Shown piece after piece: positions 11,126 to 20,851 of a DNA stretch of 64,000 nt. The number at the start of each line of letters is the position of its first letter. Positions within the stretch are counted from its first letter, which is position 1. The translations under genes and the position numbers were made by a program. The notes below the pieces were generated by a model. The model was not told where the DNA came from, made no database searches, and saw only the letters and a program-made list of their open reading frames with translations. Location of the stretch: positions 37,083-101,082 of the IMG/VR virus record IMGVR_UViG_3300033463_000051; one strand, 5' to 3'. The DNA is from a virus. Lineage: Duplodnaviria; Caudoviricetes.

Positions 11126-12508
11126 ATGGCAACAATAACTCTTGTACCATCACAACTTAACAACGCTGCCTCCCAGTATGTCACAGTCGCAGACGAGTCA
11201 AATATGTATACAAACGCATCGTCTACTACATATGCGACACTAACAAACACCAATGCCTCAACATCTAATAGATATGTCTATCTCAAGGGATTCAACTTTG
11301 GTTCTGTGCCGACTGGTGCAACGGTATCTTCATTCACTGTCAAATTAAAGGGATACTACACCGGCGGTTCACAGCAGACGCTATACCTCTGTAACGGCAC
11401 GACCACGCAGTCAGGTGCAACGGCAACAGGGTTGACGACTTCAACGCAGACAAGGACGTTCAGTAACGGCTCGCTGACGTGGGCTCAGATCAGCGGCTGG
11501 GGCGACGCTTTCGGTATCCGTATCAACTGCCGAAGGGGCAACCGAAACACTACTGGATACTACTATATATACGGTGCGGAAATTGATGTAACCTATACCG
11601 AACCATCTGTTGTTCATGTTACAGGCGTAGATGTAAGTCCGGCAACAGCGACTATAGAAGCCGGAAGCACAACTACTCTGACCGCGACAGTCTCGCCGTC
11701 AAACGCAACGGACAAGAGTGTTTCATGGTCAACAAGTAATTCATCAATAGCAACAGTGTCCAATGGTGTTGTGACGGGCGTCGCAGCAGGAACAGCGCGA
11801 ATTACGGCAACGACTACAGATGGAAGTTATACCGATTACTGCGACGTAACAGTCACTCCTGCCGTGACCTATGAGTACACTTTGGCGACCTCTATGCAAG
11901 TCGGCAAGGAATATCTTATTGCTGATGGAAATAGCGGGACGGTACATTTGCTAACGGGAACATCTGCCGGATCTAGAACGCTTCAGGGCGTGACGGCAAC
12001 AGTATCTAACAACAAGATAACGATAACCGGTTCCGTCAAGAATCAAGCGCTTTTCTCATGCGTTAGATATACGAGCGGAAATGATAACACGATAACGGTT
12101 CAACAAGGAAGTAGTTATCTGTATTGTGATAATTCAAACGGACTGAGAATGAACGCCCCGTCTACACTGGATAGATTCTGGCACTATCGGGATAATAAGT
12201 TCTGGCAATTTAAAAGCACATCGTCAGATGGATATTCCGATACATCGTCGGAGTATAAATACTATCTGCAAGTCAGTAACGGAAACTTTACTGACAACCA
12301 TGTTACAACTACAAGCATCGAAGCCTCTACCCTTCCGGCGATTTATATCTACACCGAATCGTCAGGTGCGACAGATTCCCTGTATTTTAAGAATAACGGA
12401 TCATGGGTACAGGCAACGAAGGCTTATAAGAAAATAAACGGTTCATGGGTAGAACAATCAGATTTAACATCTGTGTTTGACAGCAACACAAACTATATAA
12501 AGGGGTGA
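11126..12508 (+). CDS. Structural protein with bacterial Ig-like (Big_2) domain
   Basis: VTGVDVSP...LTATVSPSNATDKSVSWSTSNSSIATVSNGVVTGVAAGTARITATT is a typical Big_2 signature. Confidence 0.75.
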   Translation: MATITLVPSQLNNAASQYVTVADESNMYTNASSTTYATLTNTNASTSNRYVYLKGFNFGSVPTGATVSSFTVKLKGYYTGGSQQTLYLCNGTTTQSGATATGLTTSTQTRTFSNGSLTWAQISGWGDAFGIRINCRRGNRNTTGYYYIYGAEIDVTYTEPSVVHVTGVDVSPATATIEAGSTTTLTATVSPSNATDKSVSWSTSNSSIATVSNGVVTGVAAGTARITATTTDGSYTDYCDVTVTPAVTYEYTLATSMQVGKEYLIADGNSGTVHLLTGTSAGSRTLQGVTATVSNNKITITGSVKNQALFSCVRYTSGNDNTITVQQGSSYLYCDNSNGLRMNAPSTLDRFWHYRDNKFWQFKSTSSDGYSDTSSEYKYYLQVSNGNFTDNHVTTTSIEASTLPAIYIYTESSGATDSLYFKNNGSWVQATKAYKKINGSWVEQSDLTSVFDSNTNYIKG

Positions 12509-12512
12509 CGAA

Positions 12513-14651
12513 ATGGCAACATCTACAGTAAAACTTAACGGGACAACGCTGATGACGGTCAACGATACGACGGCTGTTGCCGCAGACGTTGCCCAGAACA
12601 AATATTTTTACGGAGCCGATGGGGTTAAAACTGCGGGTACTGCAACTGGCGGCGGAGGTGGAAGTAGTAGCGGAGACGATGTTCGTTTTTATGATTACGA
12701 CGGCACTTTGCTCTACAGTTATAGCGCTGCGGAATTTGCGAACCTTTCCGCAATGCCGGCCAATCCATCGCACACGGGGTTAACGGCACAGGGATGGAAC
12801 TGGACGTTGGCGGACGCAAAGGCATATGTTTTGAAATATGGGATGCTGGATATTGGTCAAATGTATATCACATCTAGCGGGGATACCGAAATAGATGTAA
12901 GCATAGACTCAGAAACTCTATCTTCGAAAATCACTCTTGTGCTAATGGGGGAGGTCTCAGTTGATTGGGGGGACAATACTACTCCGGATACAGAAAGTGG
13001 AACGAATGCGACTGTTACTTATGAGCACGATTATCAAGCGGCGGGGAATTATACGATTAAAATTAAGGCAAATAGTGGCGCATATAGACCCTCTACGGCA
13101 AATGGTTATTCAAAATTTTTCTGGGGTGGGTTTACCGGAACAAGTAACCTTAATAGTAACAATATGAATTATATGTATTATCTTTGCGTTAACGAGGTTC
13201 GTTTCGGATCTGGGGTAAGTCAAATTCCAGTATATACTTTTTATAATTGTGTTAATCTAAAAAGGATCACCATCCCAAACGGAGTGTCAGTAGATTTCAG
13301 TAATACCTTTGCGTATTGCGAAAATCTTTTAGCGGTTATTATACCCGCAGGCACATCAATTCCAAGCGGCATGTTAAATGCATTTATAAATGCATATTCA
13401 ATTAAAATCATATCATTTCCGAAATATCCGTCGGGTACTGGGATTGCGAGCGGTAATTACCCTTTTAGTAGTTGCCGATCCTTGCGCTCTTTGACGCTGC
13501 CGGAGTTTCTAACAGGCCTTGGGACAAGTTTTGCAGATGGCTGTCGCCATCTAGACCACATTGTAATACCTGATAGTGTTACAAGTATTTCAAATTATCT
13601 ATTGCAGAATTGTCATAATTTAAAAAAAGTATATCTATCAGCATATGTAACAAGTATCGGATATCAGGCGTTTCAATATTGCTATTCTCTGCAAACTATA
13701 ACACTCCCCAATACACTGACGAGTATCGGATATAGTATGTTCTCATATTGTTACAATTTACCAACTATAAACATTCCAAGTAGTATTACCGCAATACCAT
13801 ACTGTATGTTCCAATATTGTGGCAGCCTATCATCAATAAGTATACCGAATACAGTAACAACTATTGGATACCAGGCGTTTTCTGAATGCTCCGCCCTAAA
13901 ACAGATACAAGTTCCAGAAAATGTATCATATACCAGCAGTAGTTCATATGCAAATCATTATTATGGCTGCAGTACACTAGAAAGCATTAGTTTGCCAAGT
14001 AACATGACGGTTATACCGAAAAACTTTTTGTATAGCTGTAATAGCATTAAAGAGGTAGAAATTCCGTCGAGTGTAACAACTATTGAGAGTAATGCTTTTT
14101 ATAATATGTATAACATTAAATCCATAACATTACCGTCCACCATAGCATCGTTGGGCGGTTCTTGCTTCTACAATAACTGGTCACTTGTCAGTGTTACGAT
14201 ACCAAGCACAGCTCCAATAACCTCAATTCCTACGTCAGCATTTACGCAATGCTATTCATTGAAATCATTTCAAGTTCCTAATAATGTGACCGAAATTGGC
14301 AATTCAGCCTTTTCTAATTGTCCTAGCATGGAAACAATATCTTTACCCGAAGGACTCCTTAGTATTGGATCTTCCGCTTTTAGTTCTTGTTATGCATTAT
14401 CATCAATTACAATACCGAGTACAGTTACGTCTATAGGAAATAGCGCATTCTCTAATGCCAAACAAATAATGGAGTATCATTTATTGCCGACCGCTCCACC
14501 TACGCTTGGAGGGTCTTCCGTATTTACTGGAATTTCCGCAAACGCCGTTATATACGTCCCATACTCATCAGACCACAGCATACTTGCTGCATACAAATCT
14601 GCAAATAACTGGAGTGCGCAAGCTAGTAAAATACAGGAGGAGCCGCAATGA
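12513..14651 (+). CDS. BspA-type leucine-rich-repeat (LRR_5) protein, putative adhesin
   Basis: Many 23-aa repeats of the form LxSITIPxxVTSIGxxAFxxC. Confidence 0.85.
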   Translation: MATSTVKLNGTTLMTVNDTTAVAADVAQNKYFYGADGVKTAGTATGGGGGSSSGDDVRFYDYDGTLLYSYSAAEFANLSAMPANPSHTGLTAQGWNWTLADAKAYVLKYGMLDIGQMYITSSGDTEIDVSIDSETLSSKITLVLMGEVSVDWGDNTTPDTESGTNATVTYEHDYQAAGNYTIKIKANSGAYRPSTANGYSKFFWGGFTGTSNLNSNNMNYMYYLCVNEVRFGSGVSQIPVYTFYNCVNLKRITIPNGVSVDFSNTFAYCENLLAVIIPAGTSIPSGMLNAFINAYSIKIISFPKYPSGTGIASGNYPFSSCRSLRSLTLPEFLTGLGTSFADGCRHLDHIVIPDSVTSISNYLLQNCHNLKKVYLSAYVTSIGYQAFQYCYSLQTITLPNTLTSIGYSMFSYCYNLPTINIPSSITAIPYCMFQYCGSLSSISIPNTVTTIGYQAFSECSALKQIQVPENVSYTSSSSYANHYYGCSTLESISLPSNMTVIPKNFLYSCNSIKEVEIPSSVTTIESNAFYNMYNIKSITLPSTIASLGGSCFYNNWSLVSVTIPSTAPITSIPTSAFTQCYSLKSFQVPNNVTEIGNSAFSNCPSMETISLPEGLLSIGSSAFSSCYALSSITIPSTVTSIGNSAFSNAKQIMEYHLLPTAPPTLGGSSVFTGISANAVIYVPYSSDHSILAAYKSANNWSAQASKIQEEPQ

Positions 14652-14896
14652 TAAGAACAGAGTTTTACATTACACGCGAGGATGGCGTTGAATTGGTGCG
14701 CGCTTATAGTGATGCCGGTTACAAAATTCGGCAGGTAGAAACTGGAGCAATTTATGACGATGCGGTGTATCCTTCTATAATTGTCCAGACTTTCGTTGAA
14801 ACGGATGAGCCGATAGAAGACGAGGAGATAACCGACGCCGAAGCGCTAAACATATTGTTAGGGAGGGTTGCAGATGTACCGATCGGAAACGAATAG
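14648..14896 (+). CDS. Small tail-associated hypothetical protein
   Basis: Overlaps both neighbours; SD aggagg. Confidence 0.5.
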   Translation: MIRTEFYITREDGVELVRAYSDAGYKIRQVETGAIYDDAVYPSIIVQTFVETDEPIEDEEITDAEALNILLGRVADVPIGNE

Positions 14897-15266
14897 ACTC
14901 AGAGCGGCCATTCTTGAAGCAAGCAAAAGCCTCTCTGATGAAGTAGCAAGCCACGTTCCGTACCTCTTCCCCGTATGGGGTTCCGATACCGAGTACTCAG
15001 CAGGAGATCGTGTGCGTCATGGCACAACATTGTATAAGTGCGTACAGTCACACACGAGTCAGAGCAACTGGACGCCGGACAATACTCCTGCGCTGTGGGC
15101 AAGGGCTTACGACCCGGCGGTAGAGTGGCCTGAATGGGTGCAACCGATGGGAGCGCAGGATGCGTACATGATTGGCGATAAGGTAAGTTACGATGGCAGA
15201 CACTGGACAAGCACAGTGGATTATAATACATGGACTCCCGGCATTTATGGCTGGGATGAAGTATAG
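14868..15266 (+). CDS. Carbohydrate-binding (CBM5/12-like) protein
   Basis: Two W...YxxGDxVxxxGxxW/Y modules. Confidence 0.7.
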   Translation: MQMYRSETNRLRAAILEASKSLSDEVASHVPYLFPVWGSDTEYSAGDRVRHGTTLYKCVQSHTSQSNWTPDNTPALWARAYDPAVEWPEWVQPMGAQDAYMIGDKVSYDGRHWTSTVDYNTWTPGIYGWDEV

Positions 15267-15294
15267 ATATTTTTAAAGAAGGAGGATGATGCGC

Positions 15295-15885
15295 ATGAAA
15301 CCTTTAACGAGAATTGAGCAGTTTCTGGCAAAGATAGCCGGGAACAAGGATGCAAAGGATATCGCTCCGAAAACAAGGATTGAGCATTTTCTGAATGACA
15401 TAGCAGAAGCGGACGTTGGCAAAGAACTTCCGGACGCGAGTTCTCTCGATGACGGAATGCTTCTCGGCGTAGCAAGTGGCGAGTGGTCGGCGGTATATCC
15501 CGAACTTCCGGACGCAACAGACCTTTCCGACGGCAAGGTTCTGACGGTTGCGGACGGTTCGTGGGTAGCGGCGGATCCGAAAGAGAAATTTATCGTACAT
15601 ATTGAAGGCAATAACGATAATTATTCAATCGATAAGGAATTCGAGGACATCGTAGACCAGTTTGAAAACGGCAAAGATATTATTTTCATGCATCAGTTTA
15701 CAGTAAATAGCGGACTGTCCATTGTTGTTGATGACGACGAAATAGTTGGATTTGACGTTCCGTTTATAGAGGTCAATCCGCAGGTGCCCGACCTGGTTTA
15801 TGGACTGTTTACTATCAATCCTAATTCGATTGCACTGGTTACTACACACTACACGCTTACTGCGGAGAACGTACCTTCGTCGTGA
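15295..15885 (+). CDS. Hypothetical protein, paralog of 17319-17843
   Basis: Shares the N-terminus MKPLTRIEQFLAKIAGNKDAKDIAPKTR[IL]EHFL. Confidence 0.7.
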   Translation: MKPLTRIEQFLAKIAGNKDAKDIAPKTRIEHFLNDIAEADVGKELPDASSLDDGMLLGVASGEWSAVYPELPDATDLSDGKVLTVADGSWVAADPKEKFIVHIEGNNDNYSIDKEFEDIVDQFENGKDIIFMHQFTVNSGLSIVVDDDEIVGFDVPFIEVNPQVPDLVYGLFTINPNSIALVTTHYTLTAENVPSS

Positions 15886-15971
15886 TGTCAGCATAAAACG
15901 TTAATACGGATTAAAAGAGGCAGTTGGTTTAATGATGACCGACTGCCTCGTGGACTATAAGGAGGAATGTT

Positions 15972-16193
15972 GTGAAAAACACTGCATTTTGGAAAGCAGC
16001 ACTCATCCGTGCGCTCCGCACATTTGCCCAGACGGCGATTGCGACCATCGGCACGACCGCTCTGATGGAGCAGGTCAATTGGATTGCCGTGGCAAGCGCA
16101 TCGGTTCTTGCTGGAATTTTAAGCATACTGAACAGTATTGCAACGGGACTGCCGGAGGTGACCGATAGTGGCGACAGCGAAGAAGATAATTGA
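15972..16193 (+). CDS. Holin (r1t-like)
   Basis: 73 aa with 'WKAALIRALRTFAQTA...GLPEV' and hydrophobic helices; overlaps the endolysin start. Confidence 0.8.
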   Translation: MKNTAFWKAALIRALRTFAQTAIATIGTTALMEQVNWIAVASASVLAGILSILNSIATGLPEVTDSGDSEEDN

Positions 16194-16926
16194 GGTTGCG
16201 GCAAAGGAGCTCGGCACGAAAGAATCGCCCGCTAATAGCAATAACGTAAAGTACAATACCGAATATTACGGGAGAAACGTTTATGGAGACGCGACCTACC
16301 CGTGGTGTATGGTATTTGTCTGGTGGGTGTTCAAACACGCTGATGCGTCCAGCCTGTTCTACGACGGCAAGAAGACGGCAAGTTGCCCGACATTCTCATA
16401 TTGGGCAATGAATAAAAATAAGTGGGTCACGTCCGGTTTCAAACCGGGCGATGTTATTATCTTCCGGTTCTCTTCGGGCGGATATGACCACACGGGAATT
16501 CTGGAGAGGGTTAATAGCGACGGATCATATACGACTATCGAAGGCAATACGTCGCTTACCAGCAATGATAACGGAGGATGCGTCATGCGCCGGACGCGTT
16601 ACAAATCACAAATCATTGGCGCTTACAGGCCGCCTTATGATGCCGAATCTTCAACTGGCACTATAGGCAATGTCGTAAATAATAATACGGAGGGATTTGA
16701 TGTGGCTACACTTAAAACATTATCCCAGGGTTCTTCATACAAAGCACAAGTAAAGGCAATGCAACTTCTGCTCGCAGGTAACGGATACAGCCTCGGCAGT
16801 TACGGTGCCGACGGTATATTCGGGTCACTTACCGTATCAGCTTTGAAAAAATATCAGAAGGCCAAGGGTATAACCGTCGATGGCATCTGCGGCCCCCAGA
16901 CGTGGGGCAAACTTCTTGGCGTTTAA
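16168..16926 (+). CDS. Endolysin: CHAP domain plus peptidoglycan-binding domain
   Basis: CHAP motifs YPWCMVFV, HTGI, TIEGN. C-terminal PG_binding_1 motifs (DGIFGSLT...DGICGPQTW). Confidence 0.85.
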   Translation: MATAKKIIEVAAKELGTKESPANSNNVKYNTEYYGRNVYGDATYPWCMVFVWWVFKHADASSLFYDGKKTASCPTFSYWAMNKNKWVTSGFKPGDVIIFRFSSGGYDHTGILERVNSDGSYTTIEGNTSLTSNDNGGCVMRRTRYKSQIIGAYRPPYDAESSTGTIGNVVNNNTEGFDVATLKTLSQGSSYKAQVKAMQLLLAGNGYSLGSYGADGIFGSLTVSALKKYQKAKGITVDGICGPQTWGKLLGV

Positions 16927-16986
16927 AGCCATCTGGTCACTCCCTCGGAAAAAGGGGTTTTATAAACTTCGAGGAGGCGTTTAGAA

Positions 16987-17307
16987 ATGAGTGGTGGCGA
17001 GATTGCCATGATGATTTGTTCAATAATTGCTGCTTTGGGTGGCATCTCAGTCGCAATTATTGAGACACGTAATACTAAAGAGAGAAAACGGACTGAGGCT
17101 CGTGCATTAAGGAGAGCCGAAGAGAGCAGACTCAGCATGGAACTTATGAGCGCGACGTGCACTCTGGCATGTGTTACGGCTACGGCTTTGCGTGACGGTC
17201 ATACAAACGGCACACTTGAGCCCGCGCTTGAAGAAGCGCATAGGGCTCAAAATGAGTACCATGCTTGGGTCATGAATGAAGCCGCTAGATCAGCGGTGAA
17301 AGTTTGA
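16987..17307 (+). CDS. Single-TM membrane protein, possible second lysis protein
   Basis: N-terminal hydrophobic helix; follows the endolysin. Confidence 0.45.
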   Translation: MSGGEIAMMICSIIAALGGISVAIIETRNTKERKRTEARALRRAEESRLSMELMSATCTLACVTATALRDGHTNGTLEPALEEAHRAQNEYHAWVMNEAARSAVKV

Positions 17308-17318
17308 GAGGTGACATA

Positions 17319-17843
17319 ATGAAACCTTTAACTAGAATCGAGCAGTTTCTGGCGAAGATAGCCGGAAATAAGGATGCAAAAGATATAGCGCCCAAGACAA
17401 GGCTTGAGCATTTTCTGGATGATATAGCGGAGGCTCAGGTCGGCAAGGAACTGCCCGACATCGAGGCAGGAGACGAGGGCAGACTCGTTGGTGTAACGGA
17501 TGGTGAATACGGTCTTGTAGACGCTCCGAGTGGCGATATGTTTGTCGTTACATTTGAGGACGGCTCAGACCCCGGGACGTTTACGGTCGACAAGACATAC
17601 GCTGAAATCGTCGAGCAGATGGACGACGCGCCCGGGAACATCCTGTTTAAATACGGCCCGAGTCCGGCGATAGGAGTCTCACAGAGTGATGACTCTGTAA
17701 CCGCCATTTTCTTCATCATCGATGCAGGGGCGGCAGAACTGTATGCTTTGCAGATTACCGTGGGTAGCGATGACGGAATAACATCGTATATAGATGGATA
17801 TACTCTTACGCCGATTGACAACGGTGGCGGCGGCACGGAGTAA
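17319..17843 (+). CDS. Hypothetical protein, paralog of 15295-15885
   Basis: Near-identical first ~45 aa; SD gaggtg precedes ATG 17319. Confidence 0.7.
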   Translation: MKPLTRIEQFLAKIAGNKDAKDIAPKTRLEHFLDDIAEAQVGKELPDIEAGDEGRLVGVTDGEYGLVDAPSGDMFVVTFEDGSDPGTFTVDKTYAEIVEQMDDAPGNILFKYGPSPAIGVSQSDDSVTAIFFIIDAGAAELYALQITVGSDDGITSYIDGYTLTPIDNGGGGTE

Positions 17844-17891
17844 CCACAAAATACGTTTTCAACAAACAGATGGGTTATAATTAATAATGGT

Positions 17892-17957
17892 AAAAAAAAG
17901 ACCAGTAGTCTAGCTATCATCACAGTGATATAGCCGGTTCTACTGGTCTTTTTTTTT
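17892..17957. terminator. Bidirectional intrinsic terminator
   Basis: A-run + gaccagtag ... ctactggtc + T-run, between converging late genes and int. Confidence 0.8.
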
Positions 17958-17985
17958 GTTGTATGCATATCGTATAGTACTCTTG

Positions 17986-18229
17986 AAAATGGGTAAATCG
18001 TGGGTAAAATTTCGATTTGATCTCTCGTAACACTAACGTTACCAATGGGTTTGGGGATTTGCGCCTAACAACCTTTGTTATTATACATAAATCCTACATA
18101 ACTTCTTATAAGTTCTTATATCTTTTTAAAGGCTAGTTTTTTCAACGGTTTTGGGACTTGGGCTTTCACGTAACTTCTTATAACTTCTTATATCGTCACT
18201 GTCAAAATGGGTAAAATTTTGGGTAAAAA
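17986..18229. other. Putative attP region with arm/Xis-type direct repeats
   Basis: tgggtaaa pairs at 17990/18001 and 18208/18220; taa(c/g)ttctta pairs at 18099/18109 and 18171/18181. Directly downstream of the integrase. Confidence 0.65.
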
Positions 18230-19477
18230 TTATAGAATTACTATCTTACCTTCAAGTGCGGATGACCTACTCTCCCAGCGGTCGGATGTGACCTCATTGT
18301 AAATCTCCATGGTAGTGCTTATTTTCGAGTGCCCCATAATCTCCTGTATGTATTTAAGGTCTGTCTCTGTCTCACACAATCGTGTACAGAACGTATGACG
18401 AAGGCAGTGGACAGAGAAGTGCGGGAGCATCGGGTTATCCAATTGTTTTTGCGAATTATATTCTTTGATTATCTTCTTTATCATCCTATCGACATACGAC
18501 GCTTCAAATGGCTTTTTACTATCCAGCACAAACACGAATCCACTATAACGGTCTACCGTTATATTATTTGTACCCCGTATCTCGCACCGTTGTTTCTCGC
18601 GAATGAGCGCCTCGCGTACATCCCGTAGCATTGGGATCGTTCGCCGCCCCGCGGCGCTCTTTGGAGTTGTGATATATCGGCGTCTAGTACCATCCGGGAA
18701 CGTATCGGTCTGCAAGTTTGCCTTGATGTATATCCTATTATTTTCAAAATCACAATTGTCCCATGTAAGTCCGGCCGCCTCTCCGGCACGGCATCCCGTA
18801 CCAAGAAGAAATATAAAATAGTCCGCAAATTTGGAGTACTTTCTGCTGTTCTGACAGAACTTAATAAATGCTTTTTGCTCTGGTATGGTAAGGGCTTTTC
18901 GTCTTTGCTCCCTGTCATCAGCGTAGTCCTGTACAACAGCCATTGCGCCCTTGCATGGGTTTATCCTTATGATGTTGTCCTGTACGGCCGACTCGAACAC
19001 TGGATATATACTTGCGCTTATTGTTTTGATAGTAGTTGGTTTTAGTCCCCGGTTCGTTAACAAATCAATATATAGGCGTTTTACATCTGTGTGCTTGATG
19101 TTTTTGATTTTTTGTAGCCCGAACTCCTTTCTGATATATCTGTCGTACATACTTCTGTATCGACTAAGTGTGGACGGCTTTAGGCTGGCCTTAGTCTGGA
19201 TATATGTATCAAAATAGTTATTCATGGTTATTTGCAGTGCGGCGTTAATATCTATTCCTTCATCCAGATTCTTTTTTATGACGGATTCCATTTCTCGTAA
19301 CGACTCTTTGCATTTTTTACTACTGGGTACTTTGTCTGTTGGCGTTAACTTCCAACTATAGACACTATGGGTCTTGCCGTCGCATCCTTTGTACCTGTAT
19401 TCATACTTGCCATCGCTGCGTTGCCGTTCTCCGTTTGCCAGAACACGTCCTTTGCTGTCGCGTCTCTTTTCAGACAT
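18230..19477 (-). CDS. int: Tyrosine integrase, Tn916-Int-like
   Basis: N-terminal arm-binding domain SEKRRDSKGRVL; catalytic GCRAGE, HCLRHTF, MGH, Y. Confidence 0.92.
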   Translation of the reverse strand: MSEKRRDSKGRVLANGERQRSDGKYEYRYKGCDGKTHSVYSWKLTPTDKVPSSKKCKESLREMESVIKKNLDEGIDINAALQITMNNYFDTYIQTKASLKPSTLSRYRSMYDRYIRKEFGLQKIKNIKHTDVKRLYIDLLTNRGLKPTTIKTISASIYPVFESAVQDNIIRINPCKGAMAVVQDYADDREQRRKALTIPEQKAFIKFCQNSRKYSKFADYFIFLLGTGCRAGEAAGLTWDNCDFENNRIYIKANLQTDTFPDGTRRRYITTPKSAAGRRTIPMLRDVREALIREKQRCEIRGTNNITVDRYSGFVFVLDSKKPFEASYVDRMIKKIIKEYNSQKQLDNPMLPHFSVHCLRHTFCTRLCETETDLKYIQEIMGHSKISTTMEIYNEVTSDRWESRSSALEGKIVIL

Positions 19478-19555
19478 AACATTCTCCTTCTGATCCGAGT
19501 ACGCTACGATATGCATACATATATAATAACATACCACCTTTCAAATGCAAGTCCG

Positions 19556-19750
19556 TCAAATGGCATGAGTCCTGTTTATAAACTCTTCAAATTTGACACG
19601 TTTTATTTGCGGGCGGCTGCCGTTCCATAATATGTAATCAGCGTTATTATCATCTTCTATGATTCGTCTGAGTTTGTTTTCTCCTATTCTGAAATAGGCA
19701 GCGGCCTCGTCGACAGATAATGTGTATTTTTCCCAAATGGGTATCTCCAT
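19556..19750 (-). CDS. xis: Excisionase, Tn916-Xis-like
   Basis: IPIWEKYTLSVDEAAAYFRIGENKLR motif. Confidence 0.88.
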   Translation of the reverse strand: MEIPIWEKYTLSVDEAAAYFRIGENKLRRIIEDDNNADYILWNGSRPQIKRVKFEEFINRTHAI

Positions 19751-19823
19751 AAACTCACCTCGCTGGATTTATGTGTGTCTGTCCCTAATAATATATATTA
19801 TTCGGAACGAATAGTTGGAATTC

Positions 19824-19848
19824 GGAGCCCCGCATAAAGCGGGGCTCC
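19824..19848. terminator. GC-rich hairpin, putative terminator
   Basis: ggagccccgc-ataaa-gcggggctcc. Confidence 0.6.
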
Positions 19849-19870
19849 TCTTTTGCGGAAAGCAAAATGT

Positions 19871-20371
19871 TTAATCAAACATACTTAATTGTCCGTCTAT
19901 CTCACTATCGTTGACAATTACGTTTTTGCCTGTACTGCCAAAACCTCCCGCCCCGCGCTCGGTTTCGCCAAGATGTTTGGCCTCAACGAAATCAAATGGC
20001 AAATACGGTATAACAATGAGTTGAGCGATTCTTTCGTGGTGCTCTATCTTTTGCGGCATGTCCGTATCGTTGTGGAGGGCTACCATTATTTCGCCTCTGT
20101 AATCACTGTCGATCACACCTACGCAATTGGCGGGTCTCAGCCCTTGTCTAGAGGCTAACCCGCTTCGGGCAAAGATGCCGCCGAAGCACCCTTCGGGTAT
20201 CGCTATAGCGATACCGGTTTGAACCATGTAGGTTGTATGGGGCTGAATATATATGTAATCTTCTTCGAGGCAGGCGTATAAGTCGTGTCCGGCAGCATCT
20301 GCGGATGCCTTTTGAGGTATTATCCCATCACGATATGGGATTCTAGCAACTTCAATCCTCGTTCTGTACAT
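19871..20371 (-). CDS. dut: Trimeric dUTPase
   Basis: Motifs AGHDL, RSG, GVIDSDYRGE, RIAQL, RGAGGFGSTG. Likely start MYRTRIE at 20371. Confidence 0.95.
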   Translation of the reverse strand: MYRTRIEVARIPYRDGIIPQKASADAAGHDLYACLEEDYIYIQPHTTYMVQTGIAIAIPEGCFGGIFARSGLASRQGLRPANCVGVIDSDYRGEIMVALHNDTDMPQKIEHHERIAQLIVIPYLPFDFVEAKHLGETERGAGGFGSTGKNVIVNDSEIDGQLSMFD

Positions 20372-20639
20372 TATCTTTCTCCTTTTTCTTATCTCTGTAT
20401 TCATCAAGACAATCTCCCAAATACTCCATCTCATCTTGGGTGACCGACTCCATGAACACCATGCCGCCGTTTCTTGCATATCCTATTTGTCTTAGGAAAG
20501 CATCGAGTTGTTCTCCTATTGTGGCAAGTTCGTCTATACCCAAATCCGGATATGCTTCGAGTGTTGACTTTGCCTCGAACGTATGGCCAAATTCGTTGGT
20601 GAATGTAAATCCGATTGTAATCATACTATTTGCTTCCAT
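20352..20639 (-). CDS. Hypothetical protein
   Basis: ORF with SD, in operon context. Confidence 0.55.
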   Translation of the reverse strand: MEANSMITIGFTFTNEFGHTFEAKSTLEAYPDLGIDELATIGEQLDAFLRQIGYARNGGMVFMESVTQDEMEYLGDCLDEYRDKKKEKDNVQNED

Positions 20640-20851
20640 TTATTCTCTCCCATTTTAGGTCTTCTGCGGAGCGTCCCGAAAGACGCTCCGCTTTTTTTTC
20701 TTAACTCTCCGGGAACGTACTGAGTTTTTGCCCATATTTGAAGATATGTCCTTGCCTATATTACATGACACAACTTCAATAAAAGTCGCCTTATGGGTGT
20801 ATTTTGCTCAGCAGTACAGGGAAATATGTCGCGATTCTACTCTAGTTCTCC

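Noticed and set aside
2325-17968. Numerous minus-strand ORFs within the tail region, and plus-strand ORFs within 18-64 kb other than the repressor
   Set aside because: They are antisense shadows of long genes, with no SD sites or recognisable motifs.
18230-19750. Inserted Tn916-like conjugative element
   Set aside because: No conjugation or relaxase genes are present; int/xis sit at the usual phage position beside the lysis module.
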